DNA of 64,000 nt from Pseudogymnoascus verrucosus (taxonomy: Eukaryota). The notes beneath the pieces are model-generated. The model did no database searches. It worked only from the letters and a program-made list of their open reading frames with translations, and was not told the origin of the DNA. The stretch lies in assembly GCA_001662655.1 (NCBI GenBank), contig KV460266.1; one strand, given 5' to 3'. Below, piece after piece: positions 34,264 to 46,506 of the stretch; the stretch's first letter is position 1, and each line of letters opens with the position of its first letter. Both the position numbers and the translations under genes were made by a program.

Positions 34264-36241
34264 ATGGAACAAAATATGCAGCAATCTCCGAATGTTGTGA
34301 CTATGTTGAAGAATTGTATCCCAGACCCGGGAGCGCAGATATCAGACAATATCGGTGGCTCCCAAGTATTTGACAGTGGAGATAAGATACAGAGTAGGTC
34401 CGACGAAGTATTTGAAGGGAAATACTAAACTCCAAACAGACATTACCACTCCCTCACAAACAACAGCTGCTGCCGTGACGGAGGCAAAGGGAAATGGCCC
34501 CTTGGAAACCTTAGGGCAAAATGGGAGTTTAGAAGACCCTGAGATAACAGGAGGTCCATCCGAACCATCAGATCTCCCCAGCGGGCTCAAACTAGCAGTT
34601 TTGGTTTGCTGCACCTGCATGGCTATCTTCGCACTAGCTCTTGTAGGTACATCGTTGCCCGTGCGGAAGAATATATCTCAGAGAGTACTCTAGGACACAA
34701 CGATCATTGCAACTGCCATCCCTACGATAACCCGCGAGTTAAAATCTCTCAACGACATAGGCTGGTATGGAGCAGCATACTTCCTCACGACGTGCGCCTT
34801 CCAGCTTCTCTGGGGTCGGTTCTATACCTTCTTCAACCTGAAATGGGCGTACATTGGCGCTATCATAATTTTTGAAACTGGAAACATCGTGTCTGGCGCC
34901 GCGCCAACCTCCATTGCTTTGATATTCGGCAGAGCAATTGCTGGGATTGGGTCAGCTGGTATTTTTACGGGGAGTTACATAATTATCGGATTCAGCGTCC
35001 CGCCTCGACATCGCCCGCGGTATATGGGGCTTCTGGGGAGTATGTACGGAATTGCCTCTGTTTGTGGCTCACTTATAGGGGGAGCTTTGACGGACCATGT
35101 CAGTTGGAGGTTTTGTTTTTATATAAATATTCCACTGGGAACAGTTATCGGAGCCGGAGTCTTTTTCTTCTTTTACCCACCAAATGCAAATGCAGCCCTC
35201 CAAGCCCTGCCAACTTACGTCCGGCTCGCAAAGTTGGATGGGGTTGGAACTACCATTTTTGTTGCCTCGGTGGTGTGCCTCATAACGGGCCTTCAATGGG
35301 GTGGAACCATTTATCCCTGGAAATCTCCCAGGATCATTGCGCTTCTCATTCTATTCGGGCTGACTCTCACTGCCTGGGTGTCTTACCAATACTACAAAAA
35401 CGATAATGCTACCGTACCCAGGCGGCTTATCTCCCAGCGCTCCATTGCCTTTGGATCGCTTAGTTCCTTCTTGATGGGCGGCGCCATGTTCAGTGTTGTT
35501 TTCTATGTTTCCGTCTACTTCCAAGCCGTCCGTGGAACGTCCGCTACAACCTCGGGAGTATACTCACTCCCGATTATCCTAGGATTAACGTTTGGAATGC
35601 TCATAGCGGGCCACTTTAATAACTATGTCGACCGATTTCCCCCATTCATGATTTTCTCAGCCGTTACCGCCTCTATAGGCGCCGGCCTAATCACAACGCT
35701 CACACCAAACACCCCACTAAGCCACTGGTGCGGCTACCTCGCATTATTTGGTATTGGCCAAGGAATCGGATGGCAGCAGCCCCTTTTACTGGCCCAAGTT
35801 TTCCTCCAAGACTTCGATGTGCCAACCGGGACGGCGCTGATGTCAGGGGGCAAAGTGCTCGGTGGTGCGATCCTTATCTCGGTCTTAGCTTGCGTCTTCC
35901 ACGCTTCTTTGGAACGGAGTCTACTGGAGTTACTTCCGGATATCAATCCGAATATAATTATTAGGGCTGGGGCAGCAAAACTTAGGGACGTGGTGGGTGA
36001 AATTGCGGGGGATGATTCCGCGAGGGCAACTGAATTGCTGGGATTGGTGGAAGAGTCTTATAACAGGGCTTGTAGAAGGGTGTTTATTGGGGCTTTGGTG
36101 GTTAGTAGCTTGGCTGTGATTGCTTCTGCGGGAGTAGAATGGAAAGAAATGAGACCTGTAGAAAAGAAAGATGTCGAAAATGGGCATGGTATTAGGTTGC
36201 CGAAGCTGTGGAGGGGGACAACAAAATCACGGGATGGCTAG
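34264..36241 (+). CDS. MFS drug/toxin efflux transporter (DHA2, 14-TM type)
   Basis: Motifs ALDTTIIATAIP, DIGWYGAAY, GRAIAGIGSAG, SWRFCFYINIPLG and LQWGG..YPW. Start inferred through an intron. Confidence 0.93.
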
Positions 36242-37429
36242 AGTATGTACTGACCAAATAAACAAGACATAGTACGTTTCTGTAGGAGCTTATAGCAAGT
36301 ATTAATATATAATGTCCCCCGATCACCTATAATATGGTTGGCAATGCAAAAAATAACATTTCATTTGGTTCGTTGTGTAACTCAAATCACGTGATACCCC
36401 TTTTTACCCCTTTATCATCACGTTTCGATCAAATCTTTCCAGCAGGTTTGTCATCCCCTTCTATCACACCCTATAGGAGCTCGGCATCAATCATGTCCCA
36501 CCACCAGTTCCCATCTTATCTTACCCCACCACACCAGCTCCCAGCTGCATACCAGGTTTGTTTTGAGATAGACGTTACTTCAAGAGCCTCATGCATTATT
36601 TACTTACTTAACCCTTGTCGCTACATAGCCTCGAACTATCTTGCTCCGCGGGTTTCAAAATGGACCAAAGGGGCAGCTGATCGAAGATGCCGCGTGTCCC
36701 TCCCTGCTTGCAAATTATATCGCGTTGCATCCCGTCGCAAACACTGGTGTCTACAGGTACCTGAAATCGGATACTCACGCAGGAATGAATTATTCTCATT
36801 AGACGTCGCACCGAAGCGGCACGGTGAGTACCCTCGGCTGTTCACATAGCTCCGCCAGGTGGTTCGCTGGCGTTCCGCACCGTTGAGAGGCGTCAAGGTG
36901 TGACAAGATCTGCACCTGAACGAGTGTTGGTGTGGGACAAGGATCTGAACCTAGGCGTGAGCTGACGTGGGACAAAGATGCTGCAGTTAAGTCTTGAGTC
37001 GGAGCTTTCCTTCTTGTTTTAGTAGTCTTGCTGATATTTTCCGATATATTGACTCGAATGTGGGCTGAGAGTTGACAAATAGATGTAGGATACCGAGGTA
37101 AGGCATGTGGTGATCCGAATTCCAATTACCACTTTCAATGGGTGGACGCGTGGCAGTGTCAGGCTGGACTGTAAGATAGATGACCTTGAAACCAAGAATC
37201 CCAAGTTGACTTTCGGTTTGGTTTGTAGGGTCGCGTTGGAATCTGATTACAATTCTGGGAGGATTTTACGTCGGGGATCACAATCAACTCGTAGCATCTA
37301 TGGTGGATTGGTTTATTGTGCGGGAAACTTCCAAATCGCAGAGATAGATAATTGTTGCAAAGGACTTGTCTAATCCACCGGTAAAAATAACATAATAATA
37401 TATGGCGCTCTCAAAATCCATCAGCTGCC

Positions 37430-38667
37430 CTAAACCTTGTCAAATGCATGCCCTCCAGCTGCCCTGTCGATTGCTATACTCTCTCCAAGCCCGCAAACTT
37501 CGAATATAGTCATTGGAGAGACAGAGTTCCCTGTTAACCCAATACTCTTGAGTCTCTCCAGCGTATTTTTGATTGCCTCATATGCTGGCGCCAGACAGGC
37601 AAACGAGAATATAATAATTCTGTAGCCCATCTGCTCAGCTTCCGCTGCCGAGATCAATGGAGAAACGCCGTTTTCGACGCTATTGTAGCACATTGGCCAC
37701 GACGCTAGCTCTCTGACAGCCTGTGCCGCCTGCTCTTTGTTTTGAACGCCCTCCAGAATTCCCATATCGGCACCGAGGTCTCTGGCCTGGCGGAGGCGCT
37801 CCAATGCTGCTTCACATCCGCGGCTCTGGAGTGCATCTGTGCGTGCGATGATGACGATGTCAGAACGAAGTTGCTTCCGCATGTACACACAGGCTTTGAT
37901 ACGGCTGGCATATTCCTCAATATCCACCACTTCCTTGCCAGCTAAATGCCCACATCTCTTCTGTGCCACTTGGTCTTCAATATGGAATCCTGCAACCCCA
38001 GCAAGGTGGTATTGTTGCAAAGACTTTGCAACCATAAGAGGTCCGCCATAGCCGGTGTCCATGTCTGCAATTATGGGAGCTCCATTTGGGGCTAGATTCG
38101 CTATCATCTCGGCATTTGTTCTCATATCGTGAAGTTGAGCGAGGCCAAGATCAGCAGCTCCCAACCGACTAGCAGTAGTCCCCGCACCAGCATGTAAAGC
38201 CCTTCGAAGCCAAGTGACAGGGCGATACGTGCTGACAGCCCGTCGTAAACCCCGGGACAGACTATAATCTTGGCATTGTTTGCAAGGAGCTTGCGGAGAC
38301 GGGTTGATCCAGGCAATATATCCGTGAGTTGTATGTCATTATCAGCTTCGGCCGCAACCATGGAAGTGGAGATACTTGATAGTTCGCCATTAGAGCAGTT
38401 ATTGACCGAGGGTTCTTTAACATCGGTCTCTAGAATGAGATCATGGTGAATTTCATCATCTGACGGGGTCAAAAGCTCTTCTGATTCAACTTCAGCTCTT
38501 TTCTCGATATTTGTGCGAGTGGTAATATCTGCAACATGGACTGTAAAGTCTTGATCTTGTATATGAACTCTTGTAGTCCGTATTTTATCCGTAGTGAACC
38601 CAAGCGGCTGCCAAATCTCTATTTCGTAGTTGCCATATTGTTCGAGGTTACTTCTTGAAGCGATCAT
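37430..38667 (-). pseudogene. oahA: Oxaloacetate acetylhydrolase-like (isocitrate lyase/PEP mutase superfamily) with a 1-nt frameshift
   Basis: Motifs CPGVYDGLSAR, IADMDTGYGG, HIEDQ, KRCGH and IIFSFA. At ~38190 the conserved LYM-T-GAG reads ATG CT GGT GCG, i.e. one base is missing. Confidence 0.75.
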
Positions 38668-39744
38668 GTCGCCGGAACACTTGATAAAAGACCGAGGGAG
38701 TACAGGTGGTTGCTCACAAATTTTGCGAAGGGCGAGAGCTCTATCAAATATTTTAAATCACACCACTGCAACTTGGCACGTGGTATTTAATTATAAACTG
38801 AGATCAAAAACAAAATTTGAGACATTCTTATGTATCATTCATCATGAAGTTTATGAGAAGCATGAACATCTCTACTGATCTGGAGAGGCTTGCGTGGCCC
38901 GCCGAGCTAATTCATTTGTATCACATTCGGTTCGTGACTGAGCAACTTTTCTCAACGGATAGCGGTTTGAGCGCCGGGTATCTAGACTATCGGCACAGCG
39001 CAATGAGATCTTGTAGCCACGATCTGATCTTAGATGACGACCGCCCCCTGCATTCCGTTTCAGATATATCATTTTTGAGAGATGTACGAGGTTAGTGACA
39101 GCAAGGAAAGGGTTTCGACATATAAATTAAACATACAGCTATCTGGATTGCTACATGTAATGCGGATACGGCCTTTTGTAGGACAAGGGACACTTAAGCA
39201 AGCGGCAATAGAGCATGGCACAACAGGGGGAAACATAACAGAGTAGTGTTGGGCTTTTTTTTCACCGCCAATTCACTTCTATCCGGATTACTGAGACGCA
39301 TACCATGTATTAAAATCTCAATTTTCCACTTCCGCGGACATTGCTTGCGGGACCATTCTTCTTTACCTTATACTTGTAGTTGATTTTAGTGTCATTGCGT
39401 TAAAGCTTCTATTTTATTTGTTTTGCTAGTATGTCTTTCTCACACTTTTGAAAGCTATTTAACGGGATACCGAGCAACATTTGGCATGGCAACTTGAGAA
39501 AGATCAATTTCTTGTGAAAGTGTATAATTTGCTTGATTAACGCCTTTGTAGTGTCGGCCTAGTGTAGGGTGTGAATTTACCTAGGCGCTATTCTGAAGCT
39601 GAAACTTCCTCCCATATGAGACTGTGCTAGTATACCCAATTACTTTCTGCAGCTGCCACGCATTTATTTCTTTCGAATGCCTATAATTCCTGCAAATATT
39701 GGAAGCGACGAGAAAAGGTTGTGTATTTCGTTTCATTCGGGGCC

Positions 39745-40959
39745 TCAACCACGCAATGTGGAAACCATATCACCGACCGCTTGCTTCAACTTTGTTTGAA
39801 GGAAAATATCCAGTGCTGAATAAATTCCTGCGTTGCGTGCTTCATCTTCTTTGCTTGTGCAATATCTCTCTGCATATTTTTCAACTAAAGCCCTTACTTT
39901 GCGGAGCTCGTTGACCACAAGCTGTATTATCATCCTCTGGTCGTCTTCAGCGTCTATCTTATACGCGCCCACTGTAATCGGTGTAGCACGGAGATTGTCT
40001 GGCCGTAATGTATTACCAGGTTCGGCACGAACGTTGGATGTAGCTCGAATAATTGCCTCATAGCAGACTAGGATATTGTGAATGATTAATGCAATTGTAA
40101 GAGCATACTGAGGACCGAGCGAGCAAGGACATCCAAGTAGAGAACGGACGTTTTCAATTGCCGACCTGTTGTTTATGAGAACTTGGTCTATCGAAGAAAT
40201 GGGGTGAAACTGATTTTCATTAGGTGTGGCTGACACCCCGCAAGTGCTCGAGTCTAGGCGCAGGAGTTGAATCGTTGACGACGCTAGAGTTGTACAGTCA
40301 TGAGTTTGGAATAGGGGCTGATGGTTTGGTTTCAATGTTTGACCTGTTGACTCATCAAGGGAAGTAAAAGTGTCATTGGACTTTGATGGTCTGAGGTCCA
40401 TGCAGATATCGTCAAACATAAACATGTCGTCCGTTGAAGTTCTTGGAGCTAATAGATCTGACTTTGCGTCGTCTAAAAACTTGAGGTCATGGTCAAACAG
40501 GCTCATTGGTGCTATGGATGCATCGTTGCTGCTATTCGTGCTGGAACCTGGCGAATAAAACGATGCAGTCCGCCACTGTGTTGGAATAAAATCATCTGAG
40601 TCCATAAAATAGGCCTCCAAGTTTAATGGCGCAAGGTTGCTCCGAGGAATAGAATCAGATTCCCACTTTTGGATACTAAGTAGAGAAGCTCTGATCTCGT
40701 TTATAGCTGGTACAGTCTTTGATTTTGTTGATTTGATGCCATTCGCATCCCTTGACGCTGGAGGCTTTCCCATCCTCCGCGATGCGCTGTAATTGCACTT
40801 AACCTCTATACTTCGGCAACGGAGGCATGACGGTCTTTCTTGGTTGCATTTAATTTTTGATGCAGAGCAAGCATCGCAGGATGATCTCAACTTTTTTTGA
40901 GTTGGAGCCCGAGGTGCTGTTTTGGGCGTCAAAGCCCTCTGAGATCCATCAGTTGACAT
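39745..40959 (-). CDS. AflR-like Zn2Cys6 transcription factor
   Basis: KLRSSCDACSASKIKCNQERPSCLRC..C.Y.ASRRMGKP; C-terminal IDQVL..N..LLGCPCS..VGAY..QLVVNEL typical of AflR-type cluster regulators. Confidence 0.9.
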   Translation of the reverse strand: MSTDGSQRALTPKTAPRAPTQKKLRSSCDACSASKIKCNQERPSCLRCRSIEVKCNYSASRRMGKPPASRDANGIKSTKSKTVPAINEIRASLLSIQKWESDSIPRSNLAPLNLEAYFMDSDDFIPTQWRTASFYSPGSSTNSSNDASIAPMSLFDHDLKFLDDAKSDLLAPRTSTDDMFMFDDICMDLRPSKSNDTFTSLDESTGQTLKPNHQPLFQTHDCTTLASSTIQLLRLDSSTCGVSATPNENQFHPISSIDQVLINNRSAIENVRSLLGCPCSLGPQYALTIALIIHNILVCYEAIIRATSNVRAEPGNTLRPDNLRATPITVGAYKIDAEDDQRMIIQLVVNELRKVRALVEKYAERYCTSKEDEARNAGIYSALDIFLQTKLKQAVGDMVSTLRG

Positions 40960-42622
40960 TGTTCAGAATTAGAGAAGTAACGAGGGTAGATAGATTCTTT
41001 GGCAAACCCAAGCAGAAATTAAAGGATCCGAAGTAAGTAAATCTAGTTGTACCGGAAATAGAGTCCTTCATATTCATATTTACTACAATAACCGGAGGTG
41101 GCAAGGTGGTCATCAACAACCTAATGGAAGTAACCCCTTATGGAGTGGCATTTGCACTTTGACTGCTCGGCCGAATTATACCATGGCACATAACCATTCT
41201 CAGGCCCAAGTCTCAGGTAAGCAATAGACATAATCGACGAGCAAAATCTCTTCTATTGGCTCTTCATTGGTTCACAAACCCATCAAGATTCAAAATTCGA
41301 ATACTATGGTCAGACGCTCTAAAATACTGAGTCTACAGACCTCAGAGTGAGGGACTCGAGTAAACATGGTGAGTACATTAATATGAATACAATGCTAGTG
41401 TGCTGGATATAGCACGCCACTACTACATCTTACATTTTTAAATTACCAGGAGAAGCCATCGAAGAGATATTTGGCCAAACTATATGTCCCATGGCCTTTG
41501 CATCTGTGAAATTCTGTAAATAGAATCAATTCACCAATTTTGTTTTGAAAAGAGCTAACAGCGGTGGTAAGTGGAATAACATATCATTCTCACTCCTTAT
41601 ATCCTAGACACTTAGGGGGCAGCAATCTGAATTTAGGGACATCTTAATACATTGCACTTGAGCTGACAAGTCCCACACCAAGTCACTGTCAAGGATGCCT
41701 ACTATTGTGATACGTAGTAGTGTCACCCAATCGCCCCCTCCGCAGTTTTGCCTGACTTTGCCAAGTTATTGAGTCTACAGTATGATATGGCGGTCGAAAC
41801 CAGAGTAATACTTACAAAGCTGTACTAGATCCCTCGGCCGTCCACTGGTACACAAGCGGGCAAATACCCCTCTTTATACCAGATTTGAAAAACAGTATCT
41901 ACAATTCTTTATTGGAACGACAGGTAACCTACTATGTAGCGTTGCTCAAATATTGGTTTCATAATAATACAAGCCGTACATCGCCAAACTGGGTTTCTCA
42001 GCCTCGTGGCTCGTGGTGGTATCGTGTGCTATCTGAACCTCCCATGCCTTCCAACCGATGGATTCTGTATGACTTTCCGCACTCAAATACTAAATACAGC
42101 ATATAAAGTGGAGGATTCTAATATATGATACTAATCTCATATTTTAGAAGAAGTTCATAGCCCTTTTCTCAGACTGCCAACGTTGCCGTAGCGCCGCAAT
42201 AATAGTGCAACAATCTCATTAATGAATCGACTTGTTGGACAACATAGCAGATTATGGTTGCATTGTCGCAGCTGTTTTCGGGAATATCGATGACTTTGCT
42301 GGAATGAATCCGGTTCCTTACTACATCACCAAGATCATACGTTTAGACATTGGAAGGCACCACTTTAAAACCACTGGCTCGCAGACTTTGGTATATCAAC
42401 GATTTTATTATTCCTACATAGATCAATCATCATATAACAAAAACTCCATGAAACTCCATAAATGCCCAATAAGCCGAGTTCGCAATTCGTAAATCCAGAT
42501 TCGCGTTCCCCATGCATCGAATCACCTCCGAATATGATTTTCCTCTTCGCTTTCTACATCGATGCCACGCTGTGCAACAGAACGAAAGGCTTTTGAGATG
42601 GAATAAATTATCATTCTATCGA

Positions 42623-45600
42623 CTACGGGATGTCAAATAGAGGCTTAAGTTTTTTGATCAGCATCCATTCGTCGTTCGTCACATCGGTTCGGTAGAATTC
42701 CTTCAGTGTATCGATCGACTTCCTTGAAATGAGAGAGTACAAGGTATCTTTCTCCTCAAGGTGGCGGCCATACGTTGGCTGATGAGATCCCATTTCAATT
42801 TTGACCGCCACTGATGGTTCGCCCTTCTTACACCTCGGCAGGTGCTTGTGATCACGTTCGATACCCGTACTATTATTAAATTAGTCTTATACCCCAAACA
42901 TTGTGGAAATTAACTTACACTCTGCCAACACTGATGATCTCTTTAGCACCAGTGATAGCGTTTGTCCTAACAGCTGCAATGGGAGTATCAAGTTTAAGCT
43001 GGCCCTCAATAACGTCAACGCCGACGATAATCGGGCCAGTTTTGTTGAAGACAGCAACCGTCGAAAGTACGCAAGGGAAGACCGCCATGAGTCTTGATTC
43101 TTCCTTCCTCTTCTCGATAATTGCCTCCATGTGTTTGGTGAACTGGTCGAAAAGATGGTAAATGATGTCGGCTGTGAAAATCTTAATTCCCTGTTCTTCT
43201 GCGTAAAGCTGAGCTTCTTTGTCAATCTTGACATCGAAGCAAAGCATGACAGCATGTTCTTTCGACTTCTCCAACATGGTACCGCACTGCATAACATCGC
43301 GCTTGAATACTGGGCCAATACCCACATTGGCGACTGGGATCTTGGATACGCGGAGGAAATCAAGAAGGGCCTCGAGGGAACCGAGAGTGGAAGCCTGGAC
43401 GCTAACACCGCGGCCTGTCTTCTCGATTCTCTTCATGAGGTTGCTAACGTCAGACCATACCTCTTCTTCGAGATCGGATTCATCATCATCAGGTCCCACA
43501 ACCATCAACCTAGAACCTGCAATTGCACCTTCGAGATCCGGAGCGCTGATCTTTACACCAAGTGCTGCCTTCACCTCCTTATTGTGAACATAAGCCGATT
43601 TCAATCGAAGCTCTTTCATAGGAGCAGGTGTCAATAGCGCACGGATGTTAGTCTTAATAACACCGTTGATGCCGCAAATTAAAATCCTGTCTCCTTCACG
43701 GAGGATACCGTTGGAAAGGATAACATCGATCGTCATACCAAAGCCCTCAATAGCCTTGACTTCAAGAACAGTGCACTGAACCTCGGAGAGATACATCAAA
43801 CTACCAACCATTCTTTCTTGAGTGAGCTGGAGAATGAGCTTGAGCATATCGGGGATACCTTCTCCAGTATGCGCTGAAGTTGGAATGAGGGAAACGTATT
43901 TTGCCATCGACTTGTTTTCGTAGAAGAGCTCCGAGTTGAATCCTTGCTCGGCGAATGCTGTCTTGGTATCGGCCAGCCTCTTCTGGAATTCGTTCTGAAC
44001 GCCCTTGTTCTGGAGTTCGTACGATTCCCGGAAGCCGTTGTTTTCAACCTTCTTCCACCCGTACAGACGATCGATTTTATTGAGCGCAACAATAAATGGC
44101 GTCTTTCTATCTCGGAGCAGTTTCATGGACTCCAGTGTTTGAGGCTCCAGGCCGTGCATAATATCGACCACTAGGATGGCAATATTGCAAAGCGAAGATC
44201 CACGGGAGCGGAGGTTAGAGAAAGACTCGTGACCAGGAGTGTCGATAACCAAGAGGCCAGGAACTTTGAATTCAAAGGCACCATCCCTGTTGACAACCAT
44301 TGTCTTCTTCTTGATAGCTTCGACTGGGAAGTAGGTTGCTCCAATCTGTTGTGTGATACCTCCAGCCTCACCTTCCTGGACATTGGTCTGTCTGATCTTA
44401 TCCAATAACTTTGTCTTTCCTGTATCGACGTGACCAAGAATACAGCAAATTGGAGACCGCAGGTTGTCCTTAGACCGAGCTGCCAATGCCTCTTGGTGTA
44501 GTTTCTCTCTTCGCTCAGCGGCCTCTTTTTTCCTAAGAGCAAGGGCGGCCTCCGCTGCAGTGGCTTCTTCGTCCTCTGAAGATTCTTCTTCCGATGATTC
44601 TTCTTCGGATTCTTCCTCGGACTCCTCAGCCGGAGCGGTTTCCTTGGGCCTCGACGGTAGGGATTTGGCATCTATACACATTAGTAATCGTGTTTTATTT
44701 ACATCTGACAGCCAGGCTTCACTCTCTGCTGTTTTTGGGAACGTACCGGCAGCTGGTTTCTCGGCTGAGGGTGCTTCTTCCTCTTCCGAGTCTGCGTCCC
44801 AACTATCTTTAACGTCGTCTTCTTCAGCAGCAGCTACTTCCCAGTCATCTTCAACTTCACTGGCTTCTGCGTCTTTGGCGGCGAGTGCAGCCGCTGCCTC
44901 TTTCTCGGCCTTCTCTGCCGCTTTGGCTGCCATACGCTCAGCCTCTGCCTTAGCCCTGACTGCTGCTTCAGCCATGAGGCGTTCTTCTTCAGCCTGGATC
45001 TCTGCTGGATTCTTTCTGCCTCCCTTTTTCTTCTTGTTATCATAGACGACCTTCTTCTTCTCTTCTCCGGCCTCCAGTCCTCCAACTTTAACACCAGCAT
45101 CAATCATTTGCTGCAACTTTTTCTCATTTCTAGCCTTCTCTTCTTTCTGAGCTTTAGTCATAAACTTGCCCTCTTTCTTGAGAAGGTCGATCTTCTCCTT
45201 TTCTCTCTGCTTTTTGATAAGCTTAGCTTCTTCGCGGGCCTTTTCTTCTTCAGCTTCGCGTCTCTCTTCCTCCTCGATGCGTTCTCTCTCCTCGGCAACA
45301 GCCCGCGCCTTCTCCTCCTCGCGACGTCTTAACTCCTCTTGTTGCTTTTGTAACCTGGCCAATGCCGGGGTCAGCTTCTTGCCTTTGGTGGCAGCGGGCT
45401 CGGGCATCTCGGTCTTTGTTTCGGCAACGGGTTTTACTTCTTCGACAGCCTTTGCAGCTGGTGCGGCGGTCTTCTTTTTTGCGGCCTAGAGTTTCACTTG
45501 TATTAGTAGTAATTCTATCAATTTTACCGGTCGTTCTCACCTGCTCCTTCTTTCTTTGCTTCTCGCGTTCCTTCTTTGCCTTTTCCTTTTCCTTCTTTGT

Positions 45601-45999
45601 CATTACTCGCCCATCCGCACCACGTTCCTCGTCTCCCTCATCCTCTGCCGGCGCACTCTTCTCGGGCCCCTTTGTCTTCGTCTTTGTATTCGGCAGCGAA
45701 AATTCGTCATCCATAGTTGCCTCATCAGGTGCCTTGATCGAGGGGTCAAAGGAAGACCCCTCATCAGCGGGCGTTTCTCCGCCGTTTGCGTCGCCAAGCT
45801 CATCTGCCGGCTTTCCCTTCGCCTTCTTCTTGTTTCGGTTCTTCTTCATTGCGGCCATAAGGCCGCCAGCAGGGAATTCGTCTTCGCCCGCCTCTGTGCC
45901 CGCGTTCGGGGCGGCATCCTCAACATGCGGGGCAGTTTCGCCCAAATCCGCCTCCCAGTCGTCGCCACCCTTCTTGTTGGTCTTCTTTTTGGGAGGCAT
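42623..45999 (-). CDS. FUN12: Translation initiation factor eIF5B
   Basis: Motifs [26 protein letters not shown] and NKID; charged N-terminus; C-terminal SRKSIDTLK. Confidence 0.97.
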
Positions 46000-46506
46000 A
46001 TTGGCCGCTCTATCGGTTTAAATTTACGTCCACGGAGACGATAGAAGAGGCCCTGGCTAATCAAGTTTGCTTCGCAAAATGAATTAGTGAGTCCGAAGAG
46101 ATTCAGTAACGAAGTGGTTGTGTTTGGTGGGGCAAGGCTTGGCAGTAGACAAAAATTGTCCAGGGTGGCATGGCAAGATAAGCGAATCGACAAAGAAAGA
46201 CTCCACAGCCCCGGACTTTCCATTTTCCAATCAGGCTGGCGACCACAGAGCCCTAGAATCAGTCGTGTTGGTCGGCATCGCGCCGGCATCGCACTGGTGT
46301 AGTACTAAATATCTTCATCTTCAGCCAAGCTATTCTATTATTTATCATTCAATATAATTTACGTCCACGATCAACCTTATTCTACTATAAGTTATGTAAT
46401 ATACTGCAACTAACTTTCAACGACTTTCAATTTGAAAATATCAGAATTAATGCACTGTGAATCGACTTTCTCAAACTTGGCTGATGGTAGATATTCATTC
46501 ATTAAA

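Noticed and set aside
44672..44747. Apparent insertion in eIF5B ([26 protein letters not shown])
   Set aside because: An ordinary stop-free intron (GTACGT..CTAAT..TAG) read through by the ORF finder.
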